A DNA stretch of 64,000 nucleotides from Paraphysomonas bandaiensis. Lineage: Eukaryota; Protista; Chrysophyceae. Below are positions 25,209-38,131 of this stretch, piece after piece. A program made the translations under genes and the position numbers. The number at the start of each line of letters is the position of its first letter. The first letter of the stretch is position 1. The stretch is taken from contig CBFFRP010000406.1 of assembly GCA_965644295.1 (NCBI GenBank), positions 248,001-312,000 of the forward strand. Reading direction: 5' to 3'. The notes beneath the pieces were generated by a model. It made no database searches, was not told the origin of the DNA, and saw only the letters and a program-made list of their open reading frames with translations.

Positions 25209-25502
25209 TGTTGAGAAACGCTCATTTTACACTAGATCACAGAGAGAATTTGTCGTAAGACTAGATAGATTTATTAGTATCGTTTACACGAAGTTGTGAT
25301 AACCAACACTAACTCATTATAATCCCTGCATAATATCCTACATATGCGAACCTCTCGTTACTGAACATATCTTGAACGATCAAACTATTTCAGTTTCTCA
25401 ATATCATCACAGCATTTGTACATCACTATATTTCACTGTATTCTCGTACATTGTCTTGAAGTGACATACTGAATATACTAGAATAAGATCCATATTCTAA
25501 TA
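25209..25502 (-). repeat. 3' LTR of copia element
   Basis: Identical to 30422-30715; on the element strand it reads TATTAG...CAACA, preceded by the PPT GAGTGGGAG (25503-25511). Confidence 0.95.
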
Positions 25503-25681
25503 CTCCCACTCAATGTAGAATGCAGTGAGATAAAACAGCAGTGATCACAATAATCTGATAATGCTATGACTATCTAGTCCCATAGGTAAAAACAGATGTG
25601 AAATCTTTTAAAGATACATATATATCTAGCAGTCAACTAGATATACAGTTATGTGGGATTTTCACCCACTAAAACACACCT

Positions 25682-28600
25682 TTAACCTCTTCGGGGTCGT
25701 TTCTTCTGCTGCTCCTCCACACTGTTAGACACACTCCTCTTAACCCCGGTAATCGTTTTCTCATGACGGCTGAAGATCTTCGTGGACAACGCCTTTGTAA
25801 AAATATCGGCCGCCATATCATCCGTAGATACATGAATCAACTTTGCTGTAGGAAATTTTCCATTAACATGTTCTCTTATCCAGTGATACTTGATGTCAAT
25901 ATGCTTCGACCTCTTATGGTACACTGGATTCTCTGAAAGATCCTTTGCACTCTTACTATCCATAAAGAATGGAGTCGGCTTCGCTACCAAGAGTCCGAGC
26001 TCCTTGAACACCCCCGAAGCCACACCAGTTCTTGCAAAGCCGCATACTCCGCCATATACTCAGATTCCATGCTCGAAGTCGCAACTGTGGTCTGAAGCTT
26101 GGACTGCCAGGCCAAAGCGCCCGCACATAAAAGCACGATGTATCCCGTTGTGGACCGCCTAGTCATCCTATCACCAGCCCAGTCTGAATCACTGAATACA
26201 TGTAAATCAAACTCACTCCCACTGAATCTGATTCCCTTATCAACTGTACCACGTAAATATTTCAACAAATGAATAGCTAATCTGCAAGTCGCATATGTTG
26301 GAGAAGTACTAAATCGAGCCAATAACCCCACAGCGTAAGCCAGATCAGGTCTAGTGTGAATCGCCAAATGCAACACCGCTCCAATAATTCCTCTATACGG
26401 AAATGATTCGACCCACTGCTTCTGCTCCTCCGTCAGCTCACGTTGCTCTGCCAACAAATCCTGAACATTGGTAGGTAGTGGAGTCTCCTTATTCTTACTG
26501 CTCTTTCCCATAAACGAACTGAATTTCTTTACAATATTCTTGGCATATTCCGATTGATCTAACATGTACCAGTCCTCGCCTCTCGTGATTCTGATATTCA
26601 GAAACCGTTTGCACACACCCAGATCGTGCATTTCAAACGTTTCGCAGAACCTACGTTTAACACTTTCTAAGTAGGTGAGATCAGCAGATACAATGATAAT
26701 ATCATCAACATATATCAGCAATAAGTGCAATTGACCATTACTCCATCGCATATACAAGCATGTATCTAAAATGCAAGCAGTAAAATGTAACGATTTGATG
26801 AACTTGTCAATATGCTTGTTCCACTGCCTCGGTGATGACCGCAAACCATATAAGGCCTTGATCAATTGAAAACACCACCCCGCTGGCAACTCTTCATCAG
26901 GTGGAGGTGCCATATAAACATCCTCTTCAAGATCGGCATAACAAAACGCTGATGATACGTCCAACTGATGTACATGCATATGAAACATAAAGGCAATTGC
27001 AAGCACCAGTCGAATGGTTATTCCTTTGACCACTGGAGCAAACGTGGACTGCTCCTCCTCCGTTTTTTCTTGTAGATTCCCTAATGCAACCAGCCGCGCC
27101 TTATACTTGACTACATTCCCCAGAAGGTCTCTCTTCACCGTGTGAACATACTTTGCTCGCACCAACTTCACTCCTCGTGGAGTTCGCACAATCTTTAAGA
27201 CACGTCTCTTCAGTAGTGAGGTCTTCTCCACCTTCCGAGCTTCTCTCCACTTCATGTACTGTGGAGATCTCTCTGCTTCAGCATAGGAGTCTGGTATCTT
27301 AAAGTCATCATGTTGAAACTCTGCATGTTTAAAGTTAACAGTGCATGCATCTGGCACCTCAACCATATTTATTTCTCCTAACACCGATGCGTTCGCCAAC
27401 CTACGCTGTAGCCGTTTCCGCCGTACACGACCATCACCATCTAGTTCAATAGGTCGTCTAGTAGATATATACGAACCCATACCTTGCTCATCCTGAGCCC
27501 GCAAATCTTGCGGTGTGGGAGGAGCCCCGCTCGCATCCCCAGACCCATGGTCTGTCGAGGTCTGCAACCTCACGACTGTCTGTTGACAGGTTGGGTCAGG
27601 ACTCTCCTGGAACCCTCCAGGTCTTCCCTGGTCCAGCTCCCTGGCTGGCGTAGTACTCAGGGCGTCCCCCTTTCCTATGTACCCGGTATTCCCGGGGGTT
27701 TCTGCAGTCATACGCACCACGTCTTCGACGTGTATAGGCACCCGGTGCTCTATATGCTCGCGACCTGCAGTAACAAGTGAACGGTATGCTACAATCACAC
27801 CCTTACGTTCTACAACTCTTGTTGTCTTATACAGAAGTCCGTCCTCATCATCAATATGATACGTTCCTTCTAAGCTGACATAGTCGGATGCAAGCTTGGG
27901 TCTAGCGGCCTCCCGCACTCGAAGAGCATCAATCTCTGCGAAATACTTCTCTGATCGTGATGGCGTTGACTCATCAGTCAATATATGGACTGTAGTCACC
28001 ACCTTGTTTGATTCAGGAAGATATACATGGTATCCTACCTTCTCATCAGAGTAACCCATTAAATATCCAACTAGAGCCTTATCCTCCCAATCCTTTCGTC
28101 GATCCGCCTTCGGTGAAAGAACATAAGTTCGACACCCCCATACCCTAAGATATCTCAAATTTGGAGGCTCGCCCGTTAGAAACTCTATAGGAGACATATA
28201 CCCTTTATCTGTTTTCGTTGGCAATCGAATCAAAATATATCTGGCTGCCATGTATGCATCCAGCCAAAATTGCGGTGGCAGTCCAGATTGGATTAGCATT
28301 GCAAGAGTCATCTCTCCAGCAGTTCTGAACTTCCTCTCCTCTATGGCATTCATTTCTGGAGAGTCTGTTGAGCTCCACGTATGTTGATAGCACTCCTGTG
28401 TCCTAAGATACTGACGCAGCTCCTCACTGATTAATTCTCCTGCACCATCGGCATGATAGTGCTCCATCTTGAGCTTGTACCTTCTAACATCTCCTCTAAA
28501 TAGCTCTTTGAAGACTTCTAAGACCGCTTCCCCAGTTCTGTGGACTAAACCCGTCGCCCAGAACATTTTGCTGGCATGATGCGTTATCTTTAACACATAC

Positions 28601-30438
28601 CTCTCACCTCCTCTAGCAGGACAATTTAAGTACACAGCGATATCTGCTGAAAAATTCGGTCTAACGGAATTCTCGTCCTTCGTTCGGAAGCTGACTCGGG
28701 TTATCTTAGACCTGGCACACACATCACACAAACACTGATTTTTGTGTACCTTGGCTGTGAGGTGTTTCCGTTTCAACCCTGTACCCATGATGAGCATCCT
28801 CTTATGTGCCTCCACTAACGCATGTTTGTTGAAGTGACCCGCTCTCCGATGCAGCAACTCCAGCTCGTCCTCACCAGTCCTATCGCTAAGATTTACTTCA
28901 CAATTACTCGGCGTAGACACATCTGGAAGCTCCAACAGCTGCTGAGTTGGAACTGCAGTCATTCCATTCTTCATGGGTCCCTCCAGTACCAGTTCACCAG
29001 TATTACAGTCATAAATTTGGATCCCATACCACACCGTGAATCGATAGCCCATTTCGTTCAGCTTACGTCCGGAGCACAGGCATCGATTGATCTGATCTGA
29101 AATTTCTATGTCTCTCCATGCTCCACGGGAACCCACACTTGTGATATGAATCTCTGATCCCTTCTTAGAGCCGTTTATCACCTTTGAAGTATTCATATGA
29201 GTGTCAAGCATGGTCACATCATTCATCAAGAACATTGATGATGAACAGCAGGTGTCAATATATGTATAATGCATGTCATCATTTACACTACATATATTCG
29301 TTTCATGTATATTGCATGACAATTTCATAACATCCTCGATCATATTTGCTTCATCTTCATCAGAGAAATCTGCTGGTTCTCCACGCCGTATATTCTCTAC
29401 TGTCAGCAGCCTTTTGTCCGGCTTCCTACCATGATTCTTCCCTTTCTCTCCTCTTCTAGAATGCTTTTTCTTCGTCGTTGGACAATCAGCAGCAAGATGT
29501 TCCAGAGACTTGCAATTTCTGCATCCCGTGTATTCAGCACTTCCAGGACGCTGCCCTGATATCTCTCCATCCTTCTTCCTCTGCTTCCTCCTGCACTGTT
29601 CAGTTGAATGGCTATGAGGAATTCCTTCTTTCCTGCAATATCTACAGTTGCCCTTCTTACGCTTATCCCGTTCCGTTCGAGACCGTTTGCTCTTTTCAAT
29701 GAAGTTCAGCTCCTCCACCTTCTTGCGTTTCCGCTCTAACGCAATCCTTCCAGGAATGGTATCATCATACCGTTCTATCTTCCTTGATAATGTTGCATAA
29801 TCAACATCATCAGGCATCAAATACAAAGCAACATTCAGAGGAGCATATTCTTCATTCAACAGACCTTCTCGTAACCGTGTTATTTTTGAGAGCTCCGATA
29901 TGTCCTGCTGCTGCTCCTGTAGCTCTTTCAGCAGTATTTCAAACCGTATTATATAGTCCTTCGCAGTCTCCTCCGGACGCATACGGAAAGAGCCATACTG
30001 AGTCAACAGCTCACTGATCTTGTTTTGCTTCCCTCCAGCAAAGCACTTCTTCAACTCATCAATCATAATATGCGCCTTAAACCTGTTGCTTCCTGTTCCA
30101 TCAGCCTTGAACCCTTTATGTAGAAGATGGAATTTCTGAAGCGCCTTCGAAGATGATTGCACTGCCTCTCTGCAGTACGAATACGCTATGGCATTCGCCT
30201 TCCAGTACTTCTTCACAGCCTGTCTGTAAGACTTCTCCTCCATTAACGTGAGTGGCTGTTCCCCGAAGTCGCTCTCCTTCGGTGGTGGCTCCACAGCTAC
30301 TTCACTTTGCTCTTTCCTCATGAGGAACGTTTCGAAGTCTTCAATCCATTGTTCAACATTGCTCTCATTAAACTGTGGCACTACTCCTCTATCCTCCTTC
30401 TCTCCTCCTCGCTCGCTACCATGTTGAGAAACGCTCAT
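25682..30438 (-). CDS. Copia gag-pol polyprotein with one frameshift at the 26011-26015 homopolymer in RNase H
   Basis: Zn knuckle CRNCKSLEHLAADC, protease-position YIDTCCS, HRRAGH..CDVC, integrase D-D-E (SADI, HADGAGE, AIEER), RT YKARLVA / YGLRSSPR / YVDD, RNase H FSDSDWAG...KHIDIKYH...ADIFTKAL. Confidence 0.95.
30407..30421 (-). promoter_or_regulatory. Primer-binding site of the copia element (TGGTAGCGAGCGAGG), probably complementary to initiator tRNA-Met
   Basis: Directly follows the 5' LTR and begins with TGG. It complements a tRNA ending ...GCUACCA, as eukaryotic initiator tRNAs do (inference). Confidence 0.75.
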
Positions 30439-30715
30439 TTTACACTAGATCACAGAGAGAATTTGTCGTAAGACTAGATAGATTTATTAGTATCGTTTAC
30501 ACGAAGTTGTGATAACCAACACTAACTCATTATAATCCCTGCATAATATCCTACATATGCGAACCTCTCGTTACTGAACATATCTTGAACGATCAAACTA
30601 TTTCAGTTTCTCAATATCATCACAGCATTTGTACATCACTATATTTCACTGTATTCTCGTACATTGTCTTGAAGTGACATACTGAATATACTAGAATAAG
30701 ATCCATATTCTAATA
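30422..30715 (-). repeat. 5' LTR of copia element
   Basis: Identical to 25209-25502; flanked by the TSD AACAT and the PBS. Confidence 0.95.
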
Positions 30716-31337
30716 AACATTACCTGGCAGAGAGCATGCACCCAGTACATATCAAATGTTGAGACCTATTATTGGACCTAGTCAGTTTGGTGTAATTTCC
30801 TAGTCACACCAAAATTGGTGTAAAAACTTAGCCAAGTGGTTAAAAGCCACCTAGTCATTTAATAATTGATTTTTCAGTATACGATGACTAATTGATTAGG
30901 TGTTTACGGTATTCATCTAGGCAAACATGGGATCATACTCTATCCATCAATAAATGAATACAGATACTTGTATACATACAATACATCACATTTATATTTT
31001 CCAATATAGTATGACTGTGTTGATGTGTAGTATTCTTCAATTCGAATGTGCTGTCATTAGGAGACACTGTCCGTAATGTCAAATGAAAAAATAACCAGTC
31101 TATTTTAGACTACTACTTAATATGAAATTATAGTAAAAAGCACTTCAAACTACGTTAAACGTGCTACAGTGTTAGTTCAAAGCAATCAACATCTCCTACA
31201 ATAAGGAATGTATGGCATTACAATAGGGAAGCAGTAATGTTCACTTGAAATCAAATCAAAACGTATAGTAAAAAGAGACGGTTTACACATTCGTAAACTA
31301 CACACAACGAGCTCTTCCGTAGCTAATTCAACCTTCA

Positions 31338-33270
31338 CTACGATTTCAATGAGCGAATTTCCTCCTCGATTGCTTTCTATATAGCATATGTGTTACTATT
31401 TTGTCATTTAATGTCTATTTCTTAACCTTTTCGGCGATGAAAGCCTCTTCCTTCTCTTTGACATCTTTCTTAAAAAATTCATCAGCCTCTGCCATTTTGT
31501 TCCTCATCTGGTTTATCTCGGATTCACGAAGGGTACGGAGGGCTGATTTCTTTTTCTCAAGCCTAGTAAACAGTGACTGTAATTAGGTGTGCAATCCAGA
31601 GGGTCTAATAAACACTACCTTTTATCCACTTCGGCATCAATAAACTTGGCTTCCATAGCATCTTGTTTTCGCTTCTTGGCATCGGTTAAAGTTCTGCTTC
31701 TCTCGGTGAGTTCCTCGAACTCCCTGCGCTGAGTTTTTAAAACTTCTTCCTGTTGTGCTATGTTACGCTCCAGCTCTCTGGCGCGATCTTCTTCCTCCTT
31801 CTTCAACTGCCCTTGAATCTTTGCTTTTTCGGCTTCTTGTTCTATCTCCAATACGCTTGCACGCAGACTGTCTAACTCCTTTTGTAGGTGGGACCTAGTG
31901 TGAGTTTTCTCGTCTATCTGTCGTTCTACCGCTATCACTTCATTCTGTTTCTCATCCCTATTCTTCTCAAGATCTGAAGCCTCCTTTTGTATGCTTAGTA
32001 ACTTACTGAGTACCTCCTCTTTACGTGCATTAGACTCACGAATCCGACTAAGTACATCCAGCAGCTCGGGAGAAGACTTAGATTGCATCTGTGACATAAT
32101 TGGTAAGCAGTTCAATGCAGTTGTATCTATGGTATACCTGTTCCTGCAGCTCTGTCAGTCGTGCGGTGGCCACCTTGAGTCCTTCCCGCAGAGTCTCAAT
32201 CTCCTGCTCCATAATTTTCGAATCTCCCGAACATACCCGCTGATCCAAGTAGCTTCTTGCAACCCGTTGTTGGGCTTCTACTCCACTCTTCGTAACCCGC
32301 AATATCCCACTAGCGGCCCTAATCTCGGCTCTCACGCGTCTGACCTCCTCGCCTTTTTCCTCCTCCTCACGTTTAATACTTTCACGTTTTAGATTTATAG
32401 TTTCTGTTTCCTCTCGAGCAGATGTCAGTTCATTGCGCAGCGCTTCTAGTGCCCCATCGGCCTCCGCTAGGCGTTGTACTTTCTCCGTTGTTTCTTCCGT
32501 AACGCGTACGATCTCGAGGCGAAGCTCCTCGACCCTAATTCGTAGATCTTTCTCTGTTGACGAGCATTCTGCTGACCCAACATCCTCACGCATACCCTGG
32601 AGTTTTGCATCAAGAGAAAGAATCTCTTCTTTTGCAGCCTGCAGCTGCTCTTCTGCCACACGACTGCTCTCTTGTATCTCGCCAATACATTTTTTGTGAT
32701 GCTCAATCCGAGATAGGTATCCTTCATCCTCTGCAGCTAGCGCTTCTGTCTCGGCTGTCAGAGTATCCAATTGTTCTCTAGAAGAATCACGCTGAGAGAG
32801 CAAAGCGTTAACCTCCACCTCTATTCCAGATGATTTCACGTCCTCCAGCTCGTCTATTTCGTCTTCAAGCAGGTCAATATCTTGTTGAAGAGCATCAATG
32901 TCACAAAGTAAAGCATTCTTTTCCTTGATATAACGGTCCGTGCGACTCAGCAGAGAGTCAATATCATCTGTACGCTTAATATCCTGCGCTGTTTGCTGTA
33001 ACTTAACTAGAGACAATTCCATAGTATCATAAAGATTTCTCGCACGCTGTTTTAATTCTGCTTTCTTTCCAAGCATCTCCCTATAACTCTGTGCCTCTTG
33101 GGCATACCTACCTCCACACAGCTGGGTAAAACCCTCTCAAAAACATAACAAGTTAACCTGTTGGCCTCTATAGTAACAGCTCCCTCCAGCTCGAATATTT
33201 CTTTCTCACGCTTCGCTTTCTCGTACAGCTCTTCCTGAAGCATACTACTGAGTTCCGCGACATCCTCCAT
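31338..33270 (-). CDS. Long coiled-coil protein of unknown function (5 exons)
   Basis: E/K/L/R-rich heptad sequence. Four ~50-bp GT-AG introns join the ORFs in frame (ANR|YAQEA, QEQ|MQSK, DKR|LEKKK, AEK|KAIEEEIRSLKS*). Confidence 0.75.
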
Positions 33271-33699
33271 AGGCAACCAGAATTGTCTTTATCACTACAG
33301 AGGTGTACTATGTTTGTTATGTATGTAAATATGAGTTATATAAACAACTGATATTCACATATAGGACACTGCATACACCGCCATGCTTGATCTTCATACT
33401 TATCATATCGACGTACGTGTATCTTGTTTTCTAGATACATCGGATGACTCTCATTGGTTCAAACGCACAAAATAAAAAACTTCGACTTCGTATTGTCTCA
33501 TATGTATATATGGCATACACCATGGGATGCCGCCATACAGTCACTCAATAACAATGAGCGCTTGTAAGAACACGCATCTGCATGGTGTCAGTGAATATAG
33601 TAGAATATTGACACAGGACAGCTGTGAATGTGAAGAAAATATTATGCCCTTTCTTCGGTGCAAAAAAAATGGAGCTTAGCGGATGGTAGTTTCGATCTA

Positions 33700-33741
<42 letters not shown>

Positions 33742-35872
33742 ACCCGCTGCTTCGATGACCACTCTAGAAAATTTATTATATATATATCTTTTTATACAGA
33801 AATATGTCATTCTGCTGTAGAAATCGATGTACTCTGACAGAAACCCCTATTTTTGTATAAAACCGAGGTTTACTGAAGATCCGAAACACACCATGAAGAT
33901 CTTCTTGGACCCTTTGCTGGCTGCTTATTATTCTAACGAGCTGCATGTTCAACTCAATCAATAATCCTGAGATATTATTCGTGACCAGGCAGCTCCCTCT
34001 TCCGCCTCTCTGTGTATACCGTAGATACACCATACGTGTGTCGTTAATGTATTGTATAGAGACGATTCATTGTTGTAGTGCGTCCCTCTGGTAGATATAC
34101 AGTGTGTTAACAAGAGAGAGAAGTAGAAAGTGATCATTTTTATTAAGAGACGCACGCTTACGGGTCACCGCAGCCAACATAACAACTCGATCGGCACTGA
34201 ACACAACTTGACACTCATCCTGTTACAGTATGTATGCGCTAACCAGAACGAAACGACACAGAAAGAAAAGGCTAGCTACGGGGACATACAACCAGTTGCG
34301 AGTTTAAGCTAGAACACTTCTACTCACGCTACTTACTATGGCACAAACGACTTCGGATTATGCGTCTTCGGTATATATGTCCTATATGTACGGCAGATTT
34401 TAGGTCCGTCCAGGTTGTGATGTTTACAGCAGCTGATAGTCTGGAGGAGTAGCAGAGTAGCTCTGGCGGCAAGTCTTGACACAGTCACAAATCGATCTCA
34501 CAAATTTTGCATACTGGTGTATGGTGCTGAAGTTATTCAAGATGACTCTAATATATACGATCAATATACACTCGTTCTGCGCAAACATCCACTTTGCACA
34601 TTTCTCTTAACTATTGATAAGCTGTTTTGGAAACGAGAGAGAAAGGAAGTTGAAAGCCATGGCATTAAATGGCGTTACACTAACACTTCCTTCCTCTCTC
34701 ACTTCAGTATTCTTGGTGGTCCACGCCCATCTACTACATGGTGACCAGTTTCTTCAACATCCATGTCGGCAGTCCTTGGCGCATCTCTCTTTATGCCTGT
34801 TTGCATAGCTGTGCTGATCACCACGGAAGCATTTCCCGTACACAGTACATAATTCACACAGTCCAGTCGATGTTTCCATGGCTTGTAGCATATGGGATTC
34901 AGTCCTGTTGTCACTATAGTTTTGTAACCATGAACTTTCTTCTGTCACCTCTCGTCCTCGGGTAAATGAATGCTCTTCAGCAGTAATCCAGGATCTTCGT
35001 CGTAGTTCTTGTTCTGTACGATTACTACTTGGTAACCTGCTGTAGAACCGTTGTCTCTCCTGCAGTGTTCTTTGTATAAGGCTTGGATTCATGACATGTG
35101 TCTTAGGTATGCCCTTGTGTGATTCACTTTAAGGTACTAATCTTATCCTTTAGGAGTATCATTATGCTTCTTCGCCTTCTTAACATATGCTTCCCTCAGG
35201 ATCTATCTACCATAGCGTAGTTAGCCGACTTCACCTTGGTTTTCTCCGCTCAGTGTTATGAGAATATTCTCATGCTTATGAGGGAATCTACAGCTACGAT
35301 GCGACTTTTGATCACTGTTTATGAATCGAGAGAGGAAGGAAGTGGTAGTTGAACGTCACGGCGTTACACTTCATCATTTTTATGCTATCAGTTGTAAACC
35401 GAATGCCTTCTTAGCTTGTCATGAACACACAAGCGTATCTGCTGACACTACTTGGAGAACAATGTCAGTGCCTTACAATTAATATTAGAGAGGAATAGTT
35501 CGTGCCTCGGTCATTGACCACGTAAATTTCACCTACCTCTTCAGGTCTATCTAACGGTGTTACCAGGCCGCATCTCTATCTGCTGTATCAGCCATAGTTA
35601 TACTAAAGGTATTTCTCTTAGGGTAGTTACCGTAGTGCAGGATACTACCCACACTTGCTGCAAACTCAGGTTGATTACATTATAGGCACTCCTACGTGCA
35701 CACTTGCTCCCCACTCGACAAAGGCATACCCTCAGCATTGAGTCTGTCCCTAAACTCCTGCTTGTGCTACCGAGTCACTCCACTCCAAGACGCTCCCCCA
35801 TTGTATGACCCCTCACTGTTTCAAGTCGTCGGTTACACCTTACCGCAGACTAGTCCTAAGTAATCTAGGCGA

Positions 35873-36580
35873 TCAGCCAGGGTGAATTAGGCGGTTGTGA
35901 TGACGGAATATATGAGATGATGCCGTAACCGATGTTACTGGTGTCGTGTCTGCGTTGTGGTGTCTGAGTCCCCTGTTTCGAAGCATGCGGAGCCCTCCAT
36001 TATATAGGGGGAGCAGGATAGAGGCGAGGGATTTTTCGAGGGCGTGGAACTGATGTTCGAGCAGTGAGCTGGATATGTGGCGTCCGAATGCGTCGGCCAA
36101 TTGTGTGGCAGTAATGTGGCCGGTCCAGTAGCGCTCAACCTGGGGGGTGTTTGGATTCCATGCGGCTTTTGCTAGTTTGATTATGGCGGTGTGAAACCAG
36201 GGATGGGGGAGCGTGCGTGTGCGAAGCTTGTCGAGCTTACTGTGGTGTGCTTGGTGAACATCCTCACGTATGTGAGTGAGGTCAGGGTGTGTGTAGGTGA
36301 TAAGCATGTGCACCATGTTGTCTGTTGGGTGCGCACAGTCTGTGCATGTTGAAGCCATTGTGTGACCATGCCCGGATTTTCCTTTGGCTCGGTTTCATCC
36401 CATCGCGTATGATTTGTTCCATACGTATGCCGTCTCGCGTATACGTTCTGCTAGGAAGATGGAGTGTTTGGAGGAGTTATGGGTACGGAGGGGATGGGGC
36501 TTGTGTGGGAGCCTGGTTCCGCTGCGTGTCCAATACTGCGGGTCTCGCTGCGTTTGTGTACATGCTATCTCGTCGCGGTA
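35873..36580 (-). mobile_element. Non-LTR retrotransposon 3' fragment, same family as 1-780
   Basis: RDPQYWTRSGTRLPHK...RIRETAYVWNKSY is homologous to the fragment at 1-218. It is followed by the decayed CCHC-type motif CTDCAHPTDNMVHMLITY, typical of LINE ORF2 C-termini. Confidence 0.7.
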
Positions 36581-38131
36581 GCAGCTTTACTAAATACATT
36601 GCCATATTGTATTTAGTAAGGTATGAAGGATCAAACAGATTCTAATATATAGGAGAGTCTACTCTTGTGGAATTGTGGAAGTACTTCTGCTATTTCTTCC
36701 TATCTGTGTAAACTTCTGCAAATATTGAAAATTAATTTTTTAGTAATAATTATGTTAAATTTAAGTATAATATACCATCATTTGAATAACTACTTTTCAA
36801 CGACAAAACCTATTATCAGGTACTCCCATCACCCCGCCTCAGTCTTCTATTCGTGCCGATGTAACGAGTTGTTACACTCTTGAACCATTTCCAACCTTCG
36901 GTTGTCTAGCTCAAAGGGTTTGGCGTCTTAATTTTCAACACACTTATAGTTCATGTTGAGGAATGTTTTCCTCATGAAAATCTCTTGACACCTCCGTGTT
37001 AAGGAGTGCTGTTATCTGTATGTGAGTGTAATAGTAATTAAAAATAACGTTTGTTGTAACGATTTTAAGAGAGGTGAGCCAAAGAGACTACTAATCCTAT
37101 GCCACAAAGATGTAGGTGTCCATTTCCTCTCTTTATATTGTTTGGCATTGTGGTAGTATCAAACAGCAACATTACGGATGAAGAGTATTATCATTCCCTA
37201 TTGCCTTACCGAATGAATGATGCCCAACTCAAGGGTCACCGCGAATCAAGAAGTAGACACAGCAGTGCAAAGAGACAAAATACAAACGCCATCGAGTTCA
37301 TAGCAGAGAAAATTTGATTTCGACGGTATAGATGATTTCTAGTGCAAATATGATTCGCCGGGTTATGTAAAGTCTACTTGAGTGGCAGACAGAGTCCCGA
37401 TCGTAAACGTTTCAGTGCAAGTATAGATCTACCAGCACTAGCAAGAAATATCATGACAAAGAGTTACTTTTGACTTTAGTAGAAGCAACGCGAGAGAAAG
37501 AGTTGAATTTTACACTCATAATCGCGATAATTCTCTTGAAGACAGGGCGAGAAAGCAGAAACGAGATAAGCACAGCATTTAGTCTTTTCGGGGAAAAGAG
37601 CACTCGTGACAGTTGCTTATCACCATTGAATGGAAAGGCTAGAAAGTGTAGGGCAACCGATGAGTGACCATATAGTAGTAAAGAAGAATTTGCAATTGTA
37701 GTAAGAGTAGAAAAATGGAGAAGAGAAGTGACAAGAATAGAGATACTTCGTTCAGTAAGCGAACTCGTAGAAAAAACTACAACATGACAGTGAGTCTATT
37801 CCAGCTGAAGAATATAGAACGGAAAGAAAGACAAATATAAGTATGAAACACAAAGAAAAGAATATAAGAATAGTCGTTGCAGTGACGATGAAGCCTAACC
37901 CCAACAAAAGAAGTAGAAGGTGTACGAATGCTGCGCTTCACAGACATAATAAATCACATAACACATTACAGAAATAACAGCAAGCTGGACCCAACTTTTC
38001 GAATAATGTATTAGTTTTAAAAACAAACCACGACGATAAAACACACCAGCACACACTAGATAAAACAATAGACTTCCAAATAGATACTTTGGTGTCGCTG
38101 CTTCACCCACAGTACCATAGAGCCGCATCAT

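Larger units (their letters stand above)
25209..30715 (-). mobile_element. Full-length Ty1/copia LTR retrotransposon
   Basis: Identical 294-bp LTRs (25209-25502, 30422-30715); 5-bp TSD AACAT (25204-25208, 30716-30720); PBS and PPT present; domain order gag-PR-IN-RT-RH. Confidence 0.97.

Noticed and set aside
26011-26015. Programmed ribosomal frameshift in the copia element
   Set aside because: It lies inside RNase H rather than at a gag/pol junction, and the related relic is in frame there.
34630-35370. ORFs at 34699-35092 and a short diverged repeat (~34635 and ~35328)
   Set aside because: No family motifs; similarity too short to call an element.
36898-36945. GGTTGTCTAGCTCAAAGG as a tRNA/SINE start
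   Set aside because: No T-arm GTTCRA, anticodon stem or acceptor pairing found.
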